From IMG/VR virus record IMGVR_UViG_3300016476_000987: DNA of 64,000 nt. The stretch is one strand, 5' to 3'. The translations under genes and the position numbers were made by a program. Positions 27,566-40,200 of this stretch are shown here, piece after piece (position 1 is the stretch's first letter; every line of letters begins with the position of its first letter). The notes beneath the pieces were generated by a model. That model was given only the letters and a program-made list of their open reading frames with translations. It did not search any database and had not been told where the DNA came from. Source of the stretch: a virus (taxonomy: Duplodnaviria; Heunggongvirae; Uroviricota; Caudoviricetes).

Positions 27566-28732
27566 ATGGCAGGCCAAGTAGAAATACCATATTATGACGC
27601 TAGCGTCCCTTTATTGCCAGTATCCGGTAATACTCCCTTCGGATATTATGATAATGATCCTATTTTCGTTAGCGATGCACAAAAGTTTGTGCGATTCGCA
27701 GCAAGAAGATTAGGATATCCCATAATGGAGATAGAGTTACAGGATATAAACTTCTATGCTGCCTTAGAAGATGCAGTAACCGTTTATGGTAAAGAATTAT
27801 ATGAGTATAAAATAAGAGAAAATTACCTAAGTATAGAAGGAAATACTACCGGAAGTACTTTAAATAACACTCTTATACAGCCTAGCTTTGGTAATATTAT
27901 AAGAATAGCTAAAGATTATGGATCTGAAGTAGGAAGTGGCGGTAATGTGCCTTACTATACAGGATCTATTAACATGATTGCTAATCAACAGAATTACGAT
28001 TTAGATGCTTGGGCTAGTCAATCTCTTAATTTAGCAGCAGGGGACCGTATAGAAGTCAAAAAAATATTTTATGAGGCCCCTCCGGCTATCATTAGGTACT
28101 TTGATCCGTATGCCGGTACTGGTACAGGATTACAATCCTTAATGGAAACGTTCGGCTTTGGTCAATTTTCTCCGGGTATTAATTTTATGTTAATGCCTGT
28201 GTACTTTGACGTATTAAAAATACAAGCTATAGAATTTAATGATCAAATCAGAAAGTCAGCTTATAGCTTTGAATTAGTTAATAATAAATTGAGAATACTT
28301 CCTATTCCTACTTTTGATAGGCCTTTGTTCTTTACTTATATAAAAGTATCTGAGAGAGATTCTGTTATTAGAAATACTAATCAAAACCTTGTTACTAATA
28401 TAAGCAATGTTCCGTTCCTTAATCCAGTATATTCTCAGATAAACGCTGTATTTAGAAAGTGGATATTTGATTATGCTATGTCTATAGTAAAAGAAACACT
28501 AGGGAACATAAGAGCAACGTATCAAAATATACCTATTCCAGGCTCAGAAACAACTCTTAATGGTCAGACTTTAATAGACCAAGCTAATAATGAAAAGCAA
28601 ACTTTGATAGACCAGCTTAGGGCTACTTTAGATGATACTTCTCGTCAAAAACAGATGGAGAAAAGAGCCATGGAAGCTGAGCAATTAAAGTTAACCTTGA
28701 ATAACTTCCCAATGCCTATATATATACTATAA
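27566..28732 (+). CDS. Neck protein (T4 gp13-like)
   Basis: RRLGYPIMEIELQD, WIFDYAMSIVKETLGNIR, TTLNGQTL; position after MCP and phoH. Confidence 0.8.
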   Translation: MAGQVEIPYYDASVPLLPVSGNTPFGYYDNDPIFVSDAQKFVRFAARRLGYPIMEIELQDINFYAALEDAVTVYGKELYEYKIRENYLSIEGNTTGSTLNNTLIQPSFGNIIRIAKDYGSEVGSGGNVPYYTGSINMIANQQNYDLDAWASQSLNLAAGDRIEVKKIFYEAPPAIIRYFDPYAGTGTGLQSLMETFGFGQFSPGINFMLMPVYFDVLKIQAIEFNDQIRKSAYSFELVNNKLRILPIPTFDRPLFFTYIKVSERDSVIRNTNQNLVTNISNVPFLNPVYSQINAVFRKWIFDYAMSIVKETLGNIRATYQNIPIPGSETTLNGQTLIDQANNEKQTLIDQLRATLDDTSRQKQMEKRAMEAEQLKLTLNNFPMPIYIL

Positions 28733-29130
28733 TGATTAAGTTAGTTGACATATTATTAGAGGGTAGATTCAAAAAATATAAAAAAAAGGAAACTATAAAA
28801 AAGACTTATCACACTTATGCGTGTGATTTTGTAATAAAGTTTCTAAAAAGAGTTAATAGAACTCAAGCTACCGAAAGAATTCGTGGAATAAAAACTGTAA
28901 CAATCGTTCAAACTTTGACGGATCTTAATCTAGAAAAGTTCAATACAACTTCTGTTGAGTATGATTTTGAATTGGTTAGGATTAAGTTTGTTACTAATAG
29001 AGACCCAAATACCCACATGAAATTCATCCAAAAAGCTTTAATAAAGTCAGATCCAGAGAACGGAATTGATAACATTATCGGCATAGTGGGGGCTAGTCCT
29101 AGAATAGATACACTAAAAAAAGTAGATTAA
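28732..29130 (+). CDS. Hypothetical protein with MIKLVDILLEG leader
   Basis: TAATG-coupled ORF in the neck operon. Confidence 0.55.
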   Translation: MIKLVDILLEGRFKKYKKKETIKKTYHTYACDFVIKFLKRVNRTQATERIRGIKTVTIVQTLTDLNLEKFNTTSVEYDFELVRIKFVTNRDPNTHMKFIQKALIKSDPENGIDNIIGIVGASPRIDTLKKVD

Positions 29131-29618
29131 TGGCACTTTTTGGAGGTCCTAGAGCAAGAAGTTTTTTTAGACACCATAATAGGCAGTTATTAAATAGAAT
29201 AATTGCTCAAGAAGTGCTGTATTATAAGTTCTCTCTTAAAGAAACAGCTGTTAATTTATATGGAGAGGCTAAAAATAAAATGTATTATCAACCTATTTTG
29301 CTCACTTGTCTAGTAGAAGCACAAGAGCAGGTGTCTGAAGATGCTGAATATGGTAAAGGTAGAAATCAACAAATCAGTTTTAGGTTTCTAAGAGATGATT
29401 TAATAGATTTAAATCTGTATCCTGAGGCTGGAGATATAATAGTTTGGCAAGAATCTTATTATGAAGTTGATTTAGTAACAGAAAATCAAAGAGTAATGGG
29501 TAAAAATCCTGAGTACTCTCTTCAATCGGATCTAGAAAAGTACGGAGAGTCCTGGTCTATGATATGTAGAGCCCATTTAACTGGGGTTAACAAACTTAAT
29601 ATAATAAAAAGTACTTAA
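29130..29618 (+). CDS. Neck/head-closure protein (T4 gp14-like)
   Basis: NLYGEAKNK, FLRDDL, PEAGDIIVW..YYEV; follows the gp13-like gene. Confidence 0.7.
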   Translation: MALFGGPRARSFFRHHNRQLLNRIIAQEVLYYKFSLKETAVNLYGEAKNKMYYQPILLTCLVEAQEQVSEDAEYGKGRNQQISFRFLRDDLIDLNLYPEAGDIIVWQESYYEVDLVTENQRVMGKNPEYSLQSDLEKYGESWSMICRAHLTGVNKLNIIKST

Positions 29619-29620
29619 CA

Positions 29621-30874
29621 GTGGCTATTAGAAAATCTGTCATCAGAAATAGGCCTAGAACCGAGGCTGAAAACATAGATGAATCTATACCTGTCTTTAC
29701 AGAAGGGGCCTCTAAAGGGCCTCTTAATGACTATAAGAGAGGTAATGACACTAGTGTTAGGGGAGAAGAGATAAAATCTATATCCGTAGGCTTAGAAGAT
29801 ATAGATGAAGCAGTCATGTATTACTTCAAAGAAGTTATTAAACCTTATGTTATTAATGAAGGGACTACTTATAGTGTACCGGTAGTATATGCAGACCCAG
29901 AAAGATGGAAGTCTGCTCAAAGAGACGGGGGGATTAGAGATAAAGAAGGTAAAATATTGTTTCCTGTTATTACCATAAAGAGAGAAAATATGGAAAAGAA
30001 CAGGAACATTACAAATAAACTTGACGGTAATAGATCTAATATATATCAGGTATATGAGAAAAGGTATTCTAGAAAAAATCAATACGATAACTTTTCTGTA
30101 CTGACAAATAGAGCTCCGGTAAAAGAATTTTACAATATAGTAGTTCCAGATTATTATACTATAACTTATAGTTGTGCTATCTATGTGTCTTATATGTCTG
30201 ATTTAAATAAGCTTATAGAGTCTATAGGATATAGAGCTGATTCTTATTGGGGACTTCCTAATAGATTTTTATTTAAAGCCGCTATTAATAACTTTCCAAT
30301 TACTAGTCAAGTAACAGATGGAGAAGATAGAAAGATAATATCTACTTTTAGTCTAACTATTAATGGGTATTTAACGCCTGATAATATAGATAAGTTTCTT
30401 TCTTCAGAAGCTCTAAAATCTAGAAACAAGACTCATATAGTATTTACTATGGAGGCTGTTAGTGGAGATCTAGAAACCTATCAAGTAAGTACTAAAAAGC
30501 AAACTTCTGTTGCCGCTACTTCTTTTGTACCAGAAGGAGTAAATGTAGTTAATAATTCCTACACTATTACAACTGTAGGGGACGCTATAGTGAACTACCT
30601 AAACACTAATAAGTCACTAAAAGCAGACTACGCTACTGGGAATTCAGCTTATTTTATTAGTTCGTCCTTCCTAACAGCTCCAATATCTTCTAGCTTGCCT
30701 CCTACTTCTATTATAGATTTTAGATTTTTTGCAAACGGTGTATATGTGCCTCAAGAACATCTTGTATCTTTTGAGGCTTCTGGCAGCGGTCTTCTTTTAA
30801 CTGTAAACACAGGATCCCTAGGATATGGATTTGATAGTCAAGACGAAATAATAGCAGTGGGTAAATTTTCTTAA
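29621..30874 (+). CDS. Tail completion/sheath stabiliser (T4 gp15-like) with C-terminal extension
   Basis: VPVVYADPERW, KILFPVITIKR, PDYYTITY, FSLTINGYL; GTG start. Confidence 0.75.
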   Translation: MAIRKSVIRNRPRTEAENIDESIPVFTEGASKGPLNDYKRGNDTSVRGEEIKSISVGLEDIDEAVMYYFKEVIKPYVINEGTTYSVPVVYADPERWKSAQRDGGIRDKEGKILFPVITIKRENMEKNRNITNKLDGNRSNIYQVYEKRYSRKNQYDNFSVLTNRAPVKEFYNIVVPDYYTITYSCAIYVSYMSDLNKLIESIGYRADSYWGLPNRFLFKAAINNFPITSQVTDGEDRKIISTFSLTINGYLTPDNIDKFLSSEALKSRNKTHIVFTMEAVSGDLETYQVSTKKQTSVAATSFVPEGVNVVNNSYTITTVGDAIVNYLNTNKSLKADYATGNSAYFISSSFLTAPISSSLPPTSIIDFRFFANGVYVPQEHLVSFEASGSGLLLTVNTGSLGYGFDSQDEIIAVGKFS

Positions 30875-30875
30875 C

Positions 30876-31136
30876 ATGGCATTAATTAGATTTAAACAAA
30901 TAGAAAGATTAGTACCTGGAGATCTTACAATATCAGGGTCTTTGTCGGTATATGGAAATGCTACATTTGTGCAAACATCTTCTATTCCAGCTTTAATTGT
31001 CTCAGGAACTCAAGAAATAGTTAAATCTGATATTACTGCTACTACCTATAGCGCCTCTCTTGAAATACAAAATCTTGGTACTTGGGCAGATACAGGAAGT
31101 AACCAAACTATTGATTTGGGAGACGAGTCCTACTGA
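30876..31136 (+). CDS. Small probable virion protein
   Basis: ISGSL motifs shared with the fibre proteins; lies between tail completion and the fibre gene. Confidence 0.5.
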   Translation: MALIRFKQIERLVPGDLTISGSLSVYGNATFVQTSSIPALIVSGTQEIVKSDITATTYSASLEIQNLGTWADTGSNQTIDLGDESY

Positions 31137-31144
31137 TATTTATA
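31136..31144 (+). promoter_or_regulatory. Putative late promoter ATATTTATA
   Basis: 56 nt before giant fibre ATG 31201. Confidence 0.6.
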
Positions 31145-31200
31145 CATAGCTACATAGCTTAATTAAGGGTTGTTAGTACATACTAAATAAATCTAGACAC

Positions 31201-34200
31201 ATGTCTAATAATCAAATATTAAAACTGCGCAGAAGTGCAGTTCCTGGAAAAGTACCGTCTACTTCTTCTTTAGATTTTGGAGAGCTCGCTTTAAATACTC
31301 ATGATGGGTATGTATTTATAAAAAAATCCGGCTCAAGAGGAGAAGAAATTGTAGTTGTTGGCGCAGGGTCTTCCGGTAGTTTTTCCGGTTCTTTTTTTGG
31401 TACTTCTAGTTGGGCTATAAATTCTCTAACTGCTTCTTATGCTCCTGCATATCTTCCTCTTGTAGGAGGAACAATCAATGGTAATCTTACTATAAATGGT
31501 ACAGCTTCTATATCATTTTTAAATGTATTATATGAAACTGCTTCTGTTATTTACTCCTCTGGTTCTAATCAATTTGGGGACGCTTCTGATGATGTGCAGA
31601 CCTTATACGGCTCTGTTATAATTCCGACCGGTAGTCTACTAGTCACAGGCTCTATAACCTCTACAAACGGCTTTTCCGGGTCTTTACATGGCACTTCTAG
31701 TTGGGCCAACGACTCGATATCTTCGTCTTATGCGTTATCTGCTTCTCAAGCTCAAAATACAGTAAGCTCTTCTTACGCTGCAACTGCCTCTAATATATTA
31801 GGAGGCGCTACTAATTATATTCCATTATGGAATACAAATAACTCTTTAAGTAGCAGTATACTATATCAAAGTAGTAGTAATATTGGAATAGGAACTACTT
31901 TCCCATTAGCTACTTTAGAAGTATCAGGTTCAGGTAAATTTACAAATGGGTTACAAGTAACGAGCTCGATAAATATATCTAATTCTGGATTAAATGTAAA
32001 TTCAATAAGTCTATTAAATAGTCGAAATCTTGGAATTGATTTAAATTCAGACGGGTATTTTAATATTGGTAAAATTATAAACGGTATTTCGCTTGGTAGC
32101 GGAAAAGCTGGTTTATATAGTTATATAGGGGATCCAAATGGAGGAGAAGGGATTGGGTTCTTTACAGGAGATGGATTTAGTGTAAAAGAAATAGTAACTA
32201 TACGCAGCAGCGGTACTGTAGGAATAGGTATTAATTCTCCAGGATCATCATTAATTGTAGGATCAGCTGGCCGTATAGGTCTTAATGATTCAACAAACTC
32301 TAATCAAGGAACTCTACAAATGTCTTCTAATGGATTAGAAGTGTATGTAGGAGACTCTAAATATATTACGTTAGGTACTAACAGTATTGAAAGAGTTCGA
32401 ATAGATTCTTCAGGCAATGTCGGTATTGGTGTTTTAAATCCTAGCAATAAACTTGAGGTTAGTGGAAGTGCTTTTATATCTGGATCTCTTACTGTTACTC
32501 AAGGAATAACAGGGTCATTATTAGGCACAGCTAGTTGGGCTAATAATGCAATTAGTTCTTCTTATGCTGCTACTGCTTCTAATATATTAGGAGGAGTTGC
32601 TACTTATATACCATTTTTTAACACTAATACTACGCTAGGTCCTAGTACTATGTTTCAAGTTAGTAATAGCTTTAGTACTACTAGTATTGCTATAAATGAA
32701 ACAAATATTACTTCTGATAACCCGGAAGCCCTCTATGTATTTCAGACTCATCCGACTTCTATAAATGTTATTACCGGTAAAGGAAATTTAAATAACTATC
32801 TTCAGTTAAACATACAAAATACTAATCAGGGTATTAGTGCCTCTTCTGACGTAGTTGCTACTGCAAATAATGGCACTGAAACTGACTTGTATGTTAATAT
32901 GGGTATTAACAGTGAAAATTTTCTTAATAACGGAAATGGAGTAGGGTCAGCAAATGATGCTTACCTATATGCAACCGGTAAAAATTTTCACATAGGGAAT
33001 GCAAAATCTAATCAACATCTAGGTTTTTTTGTAGGAGGATTTAACGTAGAAGCCAATAATAAATTACAACTCAATCCTAATAACCAGCATCAAATGTCTG
33101 GTTCTTTAGACGTAAGTGGCAGTTTGAATGTCAATGCAGGAGTTACAGCCTCTTTATACGGTACAGCAAGTTGGGCTGAGAACTCTATATCTTCGTCTTA
33201 TGCTCTTACAGCCTCTCATGCATTAAATGTACCGGAAACCGCTTCTTATGCAGTAAGCGCCTCAATATCAGATCTTGCTATTACTGCTTCTTATATACTG
33301 AATGCCGAAAGCTCTTCTTATGCTCTTACAGCTTCTTATGCTGGTAATGTTCCTGAGACTGCCTCTTATTCTCTTGAAGCTCTTAGTTCTTCTTATGCTC
33401 TTACATCCTCTTATGCTAATAATGTACCTGATACAGCATCCTATGCATTACAAGCACTAAGCTCTTCTTATCCATTTACGGTTACAGGAAGCAGTATATT
33501 ATCTTATAACACTTCTAATGTAAACATAGAAGATGGCATTTATATAGGAAATACAGCAGGAGCAGAGGCATTTAATACCTATGGATCAATATATCTAGGA
33601 TATGCAGCAGGTTATAATGCTGATAATGCGTACACTTCTAATTATATCGGGTATAGGGCTGGAGATTCTGCAAATAGATCTGATGCTTCTAATTTTATAG
33701 GATTGTTTGCCGGATACCAAGCAAGTGCTTCTTACACATCCAATTTTATAGGTCAAGAGGCAGGGTATCAAACATTGGGGGCATATAATAGTAACTTTAT
33801 AGGATATAGAGCTGGTTACCAAGTTACAAATGCTGCTAATTCTAATTTTATAGGATTTCAATCGGGAAGAGGCGCTATAAATAGTAATTACTCTAACTTT
33901 ATAGGGGTAAATGCCGGATTAAACGCTGTTAGTGCTTCTTTTAGTAACATAATAGGGTATCTCGCAGGATCAAATTCAACAGGAGTAGGAATAGGCCGCA
34001 ATAATATAATAATAGGAAATCTTGTAACATTAGCAGATAATAGAAAGGATTCTATAAACATAGGAGGGCTAATCTTTGGTACAGGATCTTACTCTGGATT
34101 TTCTTTATTTTCAGGATCGGCTAACGGTAGGATAGGTGTTAACCAGCCTTTTCCTATATTTAGCTTAGATGTTTCTGGCTCAGGAAGATTTACTGATGGA

Positions 34201-37200
34201 CTTACAGTAACAGGATCATTGATTGCTTCTTCGATTACTAGCTCACTTCAAGGGACCTCTAGTTGGGCTAGTAATGCTATTAGCTCATCTTATTCTTTAA
34301 GTGCATCTCAAGCACAAAATGCAGTTAGCTCTTCTTATCCATTTAGAGCAACGGGTAGTACTATAGCCTCTTTTAATGCAGCTGCTAATATAAGCAATAA
34401 TAACAACATTGCTATAGGATTTGAAGCTGGCCTTAATGTGTCAGGAAGTCTAAATTATGCAAATATTTTTTTAGGAAGCTCTGCTGGTTATGAGGCTAGG
34501 GTGCAAGAATCTGTCTTTATTGGGAGTCGTGCTGGTCTTTTAGCTGGCGCATCTAATAACTCGATAATGATAGGTACACAAACAGGAGAAGGAGCTAACA
34601 ATGCAGTGTCTTCTACGTTTGTTGGATACTACGCAGGTAACGCAGCCGCTAGAGTAATAAATGGTACTTTCATTGGAGCTTTTGCTGGAAACTCTGCTAT
34701 AAGTTCTAGTAGAAGTACTTTTATAGGAGGCTCAGCTGGTAGTAATGCTTCTTTTTCTAGTCATTCTATTTTCATAGGATACTCCGCAGGAGCTTCAGCA
34801 GTTAGTTCGTCTTTTTCTACTTTAATTGGGTATCAAGCAGGATATACAGCAGTAGGTGCTGGGATTAGATCTAATAATATTATCATTGGTACTAATATCA
34901 CATTAGCAGCGGAAAGACAAGATAGTATCAATATAGGCGGATTAATATTTGGTACAGGCTCCTATTCTACAACAACAGGAAACCCATTCTCTGGCTCAGC
35001 TAATGGTCGTATAGGTATAAATCAACCGCTTCCTATATACAGTCTAGACGTATCCGGATCAGGTAGATATACAAATGGATTAGAAGTAACAAGTTCTTTA
35101 ATAGCTCCAAATATTACTGGTTCATTGTTAGGTACCGCTAGTTGGGCTAGTAATGCTATTAGCTCATCTTATGCCTTATCTTCTTCTGTAGCAGTCAATG
35201 CAAATACAGCTTCTTACATTTTAAACGCTGTCAGTTCTTCTTATGCTTTATCAGCATCTAATGCAGTAACTTCTAGTTACATATTAAATGCTGTTAGTGC
35301 CTCACAAGCACAAAATGCTGTTAGCTCTTCTTATCCTATAGCAATATCAGGTAGTACTATATTCTCACGTATATCTTCTGATAACACTGGTTTTTCTACT
35401 ACTCAAGGTATTTTTTTAGGATTGGGAGCTGGAAATGGGGCAACATCTGCCGTCGGCTCTATATTTTTAGGAAGTAATTCAGGGCGTATTGCGAGAAACT
35501 CTACAAGTTGCATTTTTATAGGAGTTGAAGCAGGGACAGGTATGGGATACAATACCTCTACTGATAGCACTGTATTAATAGGATCGACCGCAGGTTATTT
35601 TGCTGAAAACCCCCGCAGATCAAATTTTATAGGACTAGATGCAGGATCTTATGCTCATAATGCTAGAAATTCTAATTTTATAGGAGAGAGAGCCGGTAGA
35701 GCTGCTGCTAATGCGTCTTATTCTACTTTTATAGGGTATAGAGCTGGTATAAACGACACAGGAAATACTGCTAATTCAGTCGGAAGAAATAATATAATAA
35801 TAGGTACTAATATTACTCTTCCGGTAAATACTATAGACAGTATTAATTTAGGGGGATTAATTTTTGGTACAGGGTCTTACTACAATAATAATGAATTTAC
35901 TCAGCCATTCTCGGGTTCAGCTAATGGCAGAATAGGAATAAACCAACCTACTCCAATATTTAACCTGGATGTGTCGGGTTCTGGTAGATATACGAACGGT
36001 CTTACAGTAACTGGGTCTCTAATAGTAAAAGACTTTTTAAAAGTAGATGGTCTTTTATCTGGAAGTCTAATACCTTCTGGTAGCGAATTATACGACTTAG
36101 GTAGCGATTCAAATAGATTTAGATCTTTATACTTAGCCGGGACTACTATACATTTAGGAAATATTAAACTAGAAGAGACTAATGGTACTTTAATAATAAT
36201 TCCTGATTCCGGATCTGGTCTTACCGAGACTTCTTTTTCTGGTTCGTTTACGGGATCTTTTAGCGGCACCTCTTCTTGGGCTGCTAATGCTATTTCTGCC
36301 TCTCAATCTGAAAATGCAGTTAGCTCTTCTTATGCTTTATTAGCAACCACAGCGTCCTATTCTTTAGATTCTGATAAATTAGATGGTAAAGACAGCACTA
36401 CTTTTGCTACTACAGGTTCAAATATTTTTATAGGAAATGAAATAATAACAGGCAGCTTAAATATATCAGGTAGTGAGACTGTAAAAGGGTTTATTCGATT
36501 AGATCCATCAATAACAAATATTGATAATTCTATATCAGCTTCTTACATTTATGTAAGCGGATCTACTAATGATTTGTATTTTACTCAAAATAGTAATGGG
36601 TATAATAATACAACTCGTTTACGTTGGTTAGAAGGTAACTTATATACGGGATTATTAAATGGAGGATTAATTAGTGTAGTAACAGGATCTACTACTTTTA
36701 ATTTAAGTAGTGGCAGTGGTATAATAGTTAATTTAAATGCAAGTTTAAATGATAATCCATATCCCACAATCAGCTATGTTAACTGGAATACTTACACAAA
36801 TGTTCCACTGACTTATCTCACTTCTTCTATTCAAACCTACATAGGAATTGACAGTAGCGGTAATATTACTCAACAAACTACTCCATTTGTTAACGGTGAA
36901 TACAATAATAAAATTCTGATAGGTACAGTATTACACCAAAACAAATCTACAATAAATGCTAGTATCACATATCCTAATGTAGCTTATGGATACAAACAAA
37001 GGACTTACGATTTTATTAAAGCTTTTGGTCCTTTAAAACTTTCTGGATATACTATAATTCCCTCTGGGTCTCTTGGGTTAACTATAGGAAGCGGAACCGC
37101 ATGGGCTGAAGGTAGAAATTATCAGACAGATCCAAACAGCCCTTCTTATATTATAGATCCAGGCACTACAGTATCAAAAATATTTAGATATTATCAGAGT

Positions 37201-40200
37201 GGCTCAGAGTTTGTTCAAGACACAAATGGAGGATTAGGGTATACTACTATAGATCCAACCTTATTTAACCCAGGAGGATCAGGAAGCTTACAGTCTATCC
37301 CTGGATCGGGTGTAAATAGAAACTGGTCTATACAGAGAGTATTCTGGTACCCTAACTCAGCTACTAAAGGTATTGTTGTTTATTATGGAAACGCTTCTTA
37401 CGATACAGCTACTGATGCTATAGCTAACTTACCTTACGAGCCATTCATAGAAGTAGAAAATACAAAACAAAATGCTGTATATTTAGGAGCCCTTATTCTA
37501 AAAACAACAGCTAATTGGTCAGATCCTACAACTTATAATATACTCTCAGCCGGTTTATTTAGAAATGTTGGAGGCTCAGGAGGAGGAGGGTCTGCTATAA
37601 CTACTAGATTAGTAGATTTGTCTGATGTAGCAGTTTCTGGGCCTACCGGTGGTCAAGCTTTAGTGTATAATGCTGCTACTCTTAAATGGCAAAATACTTC
37701 TTATATAAGCGCTTCCATTTCAGGAAATGCCCTTACAGCCACTTCAGCATCTTATGCTGCGACAGCTTCTTATGTATTAAATGCACAAACAGCCAGCTAT
37801 GTTCTTAATGCAGTAAGCTCATCTTATTCGTTGTCTAGCTCTCAAGCACAGAGTAGCGTGTCTTCTTCTTATGCTTTAAACTCAACTAGTGCCTCTCAAG
37901 CTCAAAATGCCGTAAATGCTTCTACAGCTTCTTTGGCTCTTACAAACATACTTACGGCTTCAGCGGCAGGATCTACTATAACTTTTACTAAAGGAGATAA
38001 TACTACTTTTAATGTTACTTTAACTACTGCGACTGCCGATACATCTTCTTATGTTAGTTCAGCTAACGTAGACGGCCCATTAGGTAAAAATAGCATATTA
38101 AGCTCTTCTTACGCAATTAGTGCCTCTCAAGCTCAAAATGCCGTAAGTGCATCTTATGTATTAAACGCAATTAGCGCATCACAAGCTCAAAATGCGGTAA
38201 CAGCCAGTTATGTTCTTAATGCTGTTAGTTCTTCATATGCATTATCTGCTTCACAAGCTCAGAATGCGGTGACATCAAGTTATATACTAAACGCAGTAAG
38301 TTCTTCTTATTCTCTAAGTTCTAGCTATTCATTAAATTCTACAAATGCTTCTTTTGCTACACAGGCAAGTACTGCTTCTTATGTATTAAATGCTATAAGC
38401 GCATCACAAGCCCAGAACGCTGTAACAGCTAGTTATATATTGAATGCGGTAAGCTCCTCTTATGCCTTATCAGCATCTCAAGCTCAAAATGCCGTATCTT
38501 CTTCTTTTGCTACAAGAGCAATTACTGCGTCTTATGCAGATAATTTAACTGTTGCAGGCACTCTCACAGCTCAAACATTAGTAGTTCAAACAGTAACATC
38601 TTCTATAGATTTTGTTACTGGTTCTAGCAGATTTGGAACATTACTTACAAACACTCATCAGTTTACTGGTAGCGTAAGTATGACTGGGTCTCTGACCGTA
38701 GTAGGTAATGGAATTACCGGATCTTTATTCGGTACTTCTAGCTGGGCTAACAACGCTATTAGCGCATCTCAAGCTGTAACAGCTAGTTATATATTGAATG
38801 CTGTTAGTTCTTCTTATGCTTTATCTGCTTCTCAAGCTCAAAATGCTGCAACAGCTAGCTACGTTCTTAATGCAGTAAGCTCTTCTTATGCTTTATCTGC
38901 TTCCCAGGCACAGAATGCTGCAACAGCTAGCTATATTCTTAACGCAATTAGTGCCTCTCAAGCTCAGAATGCAGTAACAGCTAGCTACGTTCTTAATGCA
39001 GTAAGCTCTTCTCAAGCTCAAAATGCTGTTACAGCATCTTATGTATTAAATGCTATTAGTGCTTCGTACGCTTTATCTGCATCTCAAGCTCAAAATACTG
39101 TAAGTGCTTCATACGCACTATCGTCTTCTCAAGCACAGAATGCTGTATCTTCTGATACATCAATTAGGGTTAATGGTACTACTGGGCAGCTTATATCTAA
39201 GGACGATAGAATTATAGAACCTAATAGTATTTCTACTGCGTCTCTACAATTTGGGTTTACTTCTTGGAACAATAATAACGCTGGCCCTTATGCAGACTAT
39301 TTGCATATGAGGTCTTATATTGACTCTTCCGGAGGTAGTGATAACTTAGTTGCCTTTAACAAGAATGCCATAGGAATGAGATTATGGCAACAAACTTACA
39401 ACTCTGCTAGTCCGTATGCTACATATAGAGATGTTGCTTTAGTATCTGGAAGTACGGATAACTATGTTCCTTTGTGGACAAGTAGCACTCAATTAATTAA
39501 TAGTGCTATATATCAGAGCGGTAGTAGTATTGGTATAGGTACTACTTCTCCTGCTGCTTCTTTACATGTGTATAGAGGTTTAGCTGGAACTATTACTGCT
39601 GATAGAACTACTCCGTTAGATGTGCTTGTTCTGGAATCAGAAAATACGACCCAACAGGAATTTGACGGGTTTGGACAATCTATCGTTTTTAGAGGATCGA
39701 CATATAATGATAGCGCTCAAAGAACTTTAGGAAGAGTTACACATCAAATTAATGATAATTCTACTAATACTACTAGAGGCACTTCTTTGAATATTCAACT
39801 TTCTACAGGATCTATTGGAAATACTTTAGCTTCTAGATTGTATATTGATTATAGTGGTAATGTAGGTGTAGGAACCACAAGTCCTTATAATTATAGTACT
39901 TGGAATTTTACTACTTTAAACGGTAATGGAGGAAGCGGTATTGTATTTAGAAATAATAATGTAGATACTACTCAATTATATGGTTTTTCAGGAGGAACTG
40001 ATTTATTATCTACTGGCTATTTTCAACTATATACCGGTGGGTCTGTTAGAATGTATGTAGGTACTACGGGAAACGTAGGCATAGGAACTACTTCTCCATC
40101 TGCTCCTTTAATGTTTGGCAAAGCAGTATATGGAGCTCCTTCGAGTGAAGATTTCTACCGTATTAAATTTGAAGATGTAGGAGGTATTCACAATGATGTC

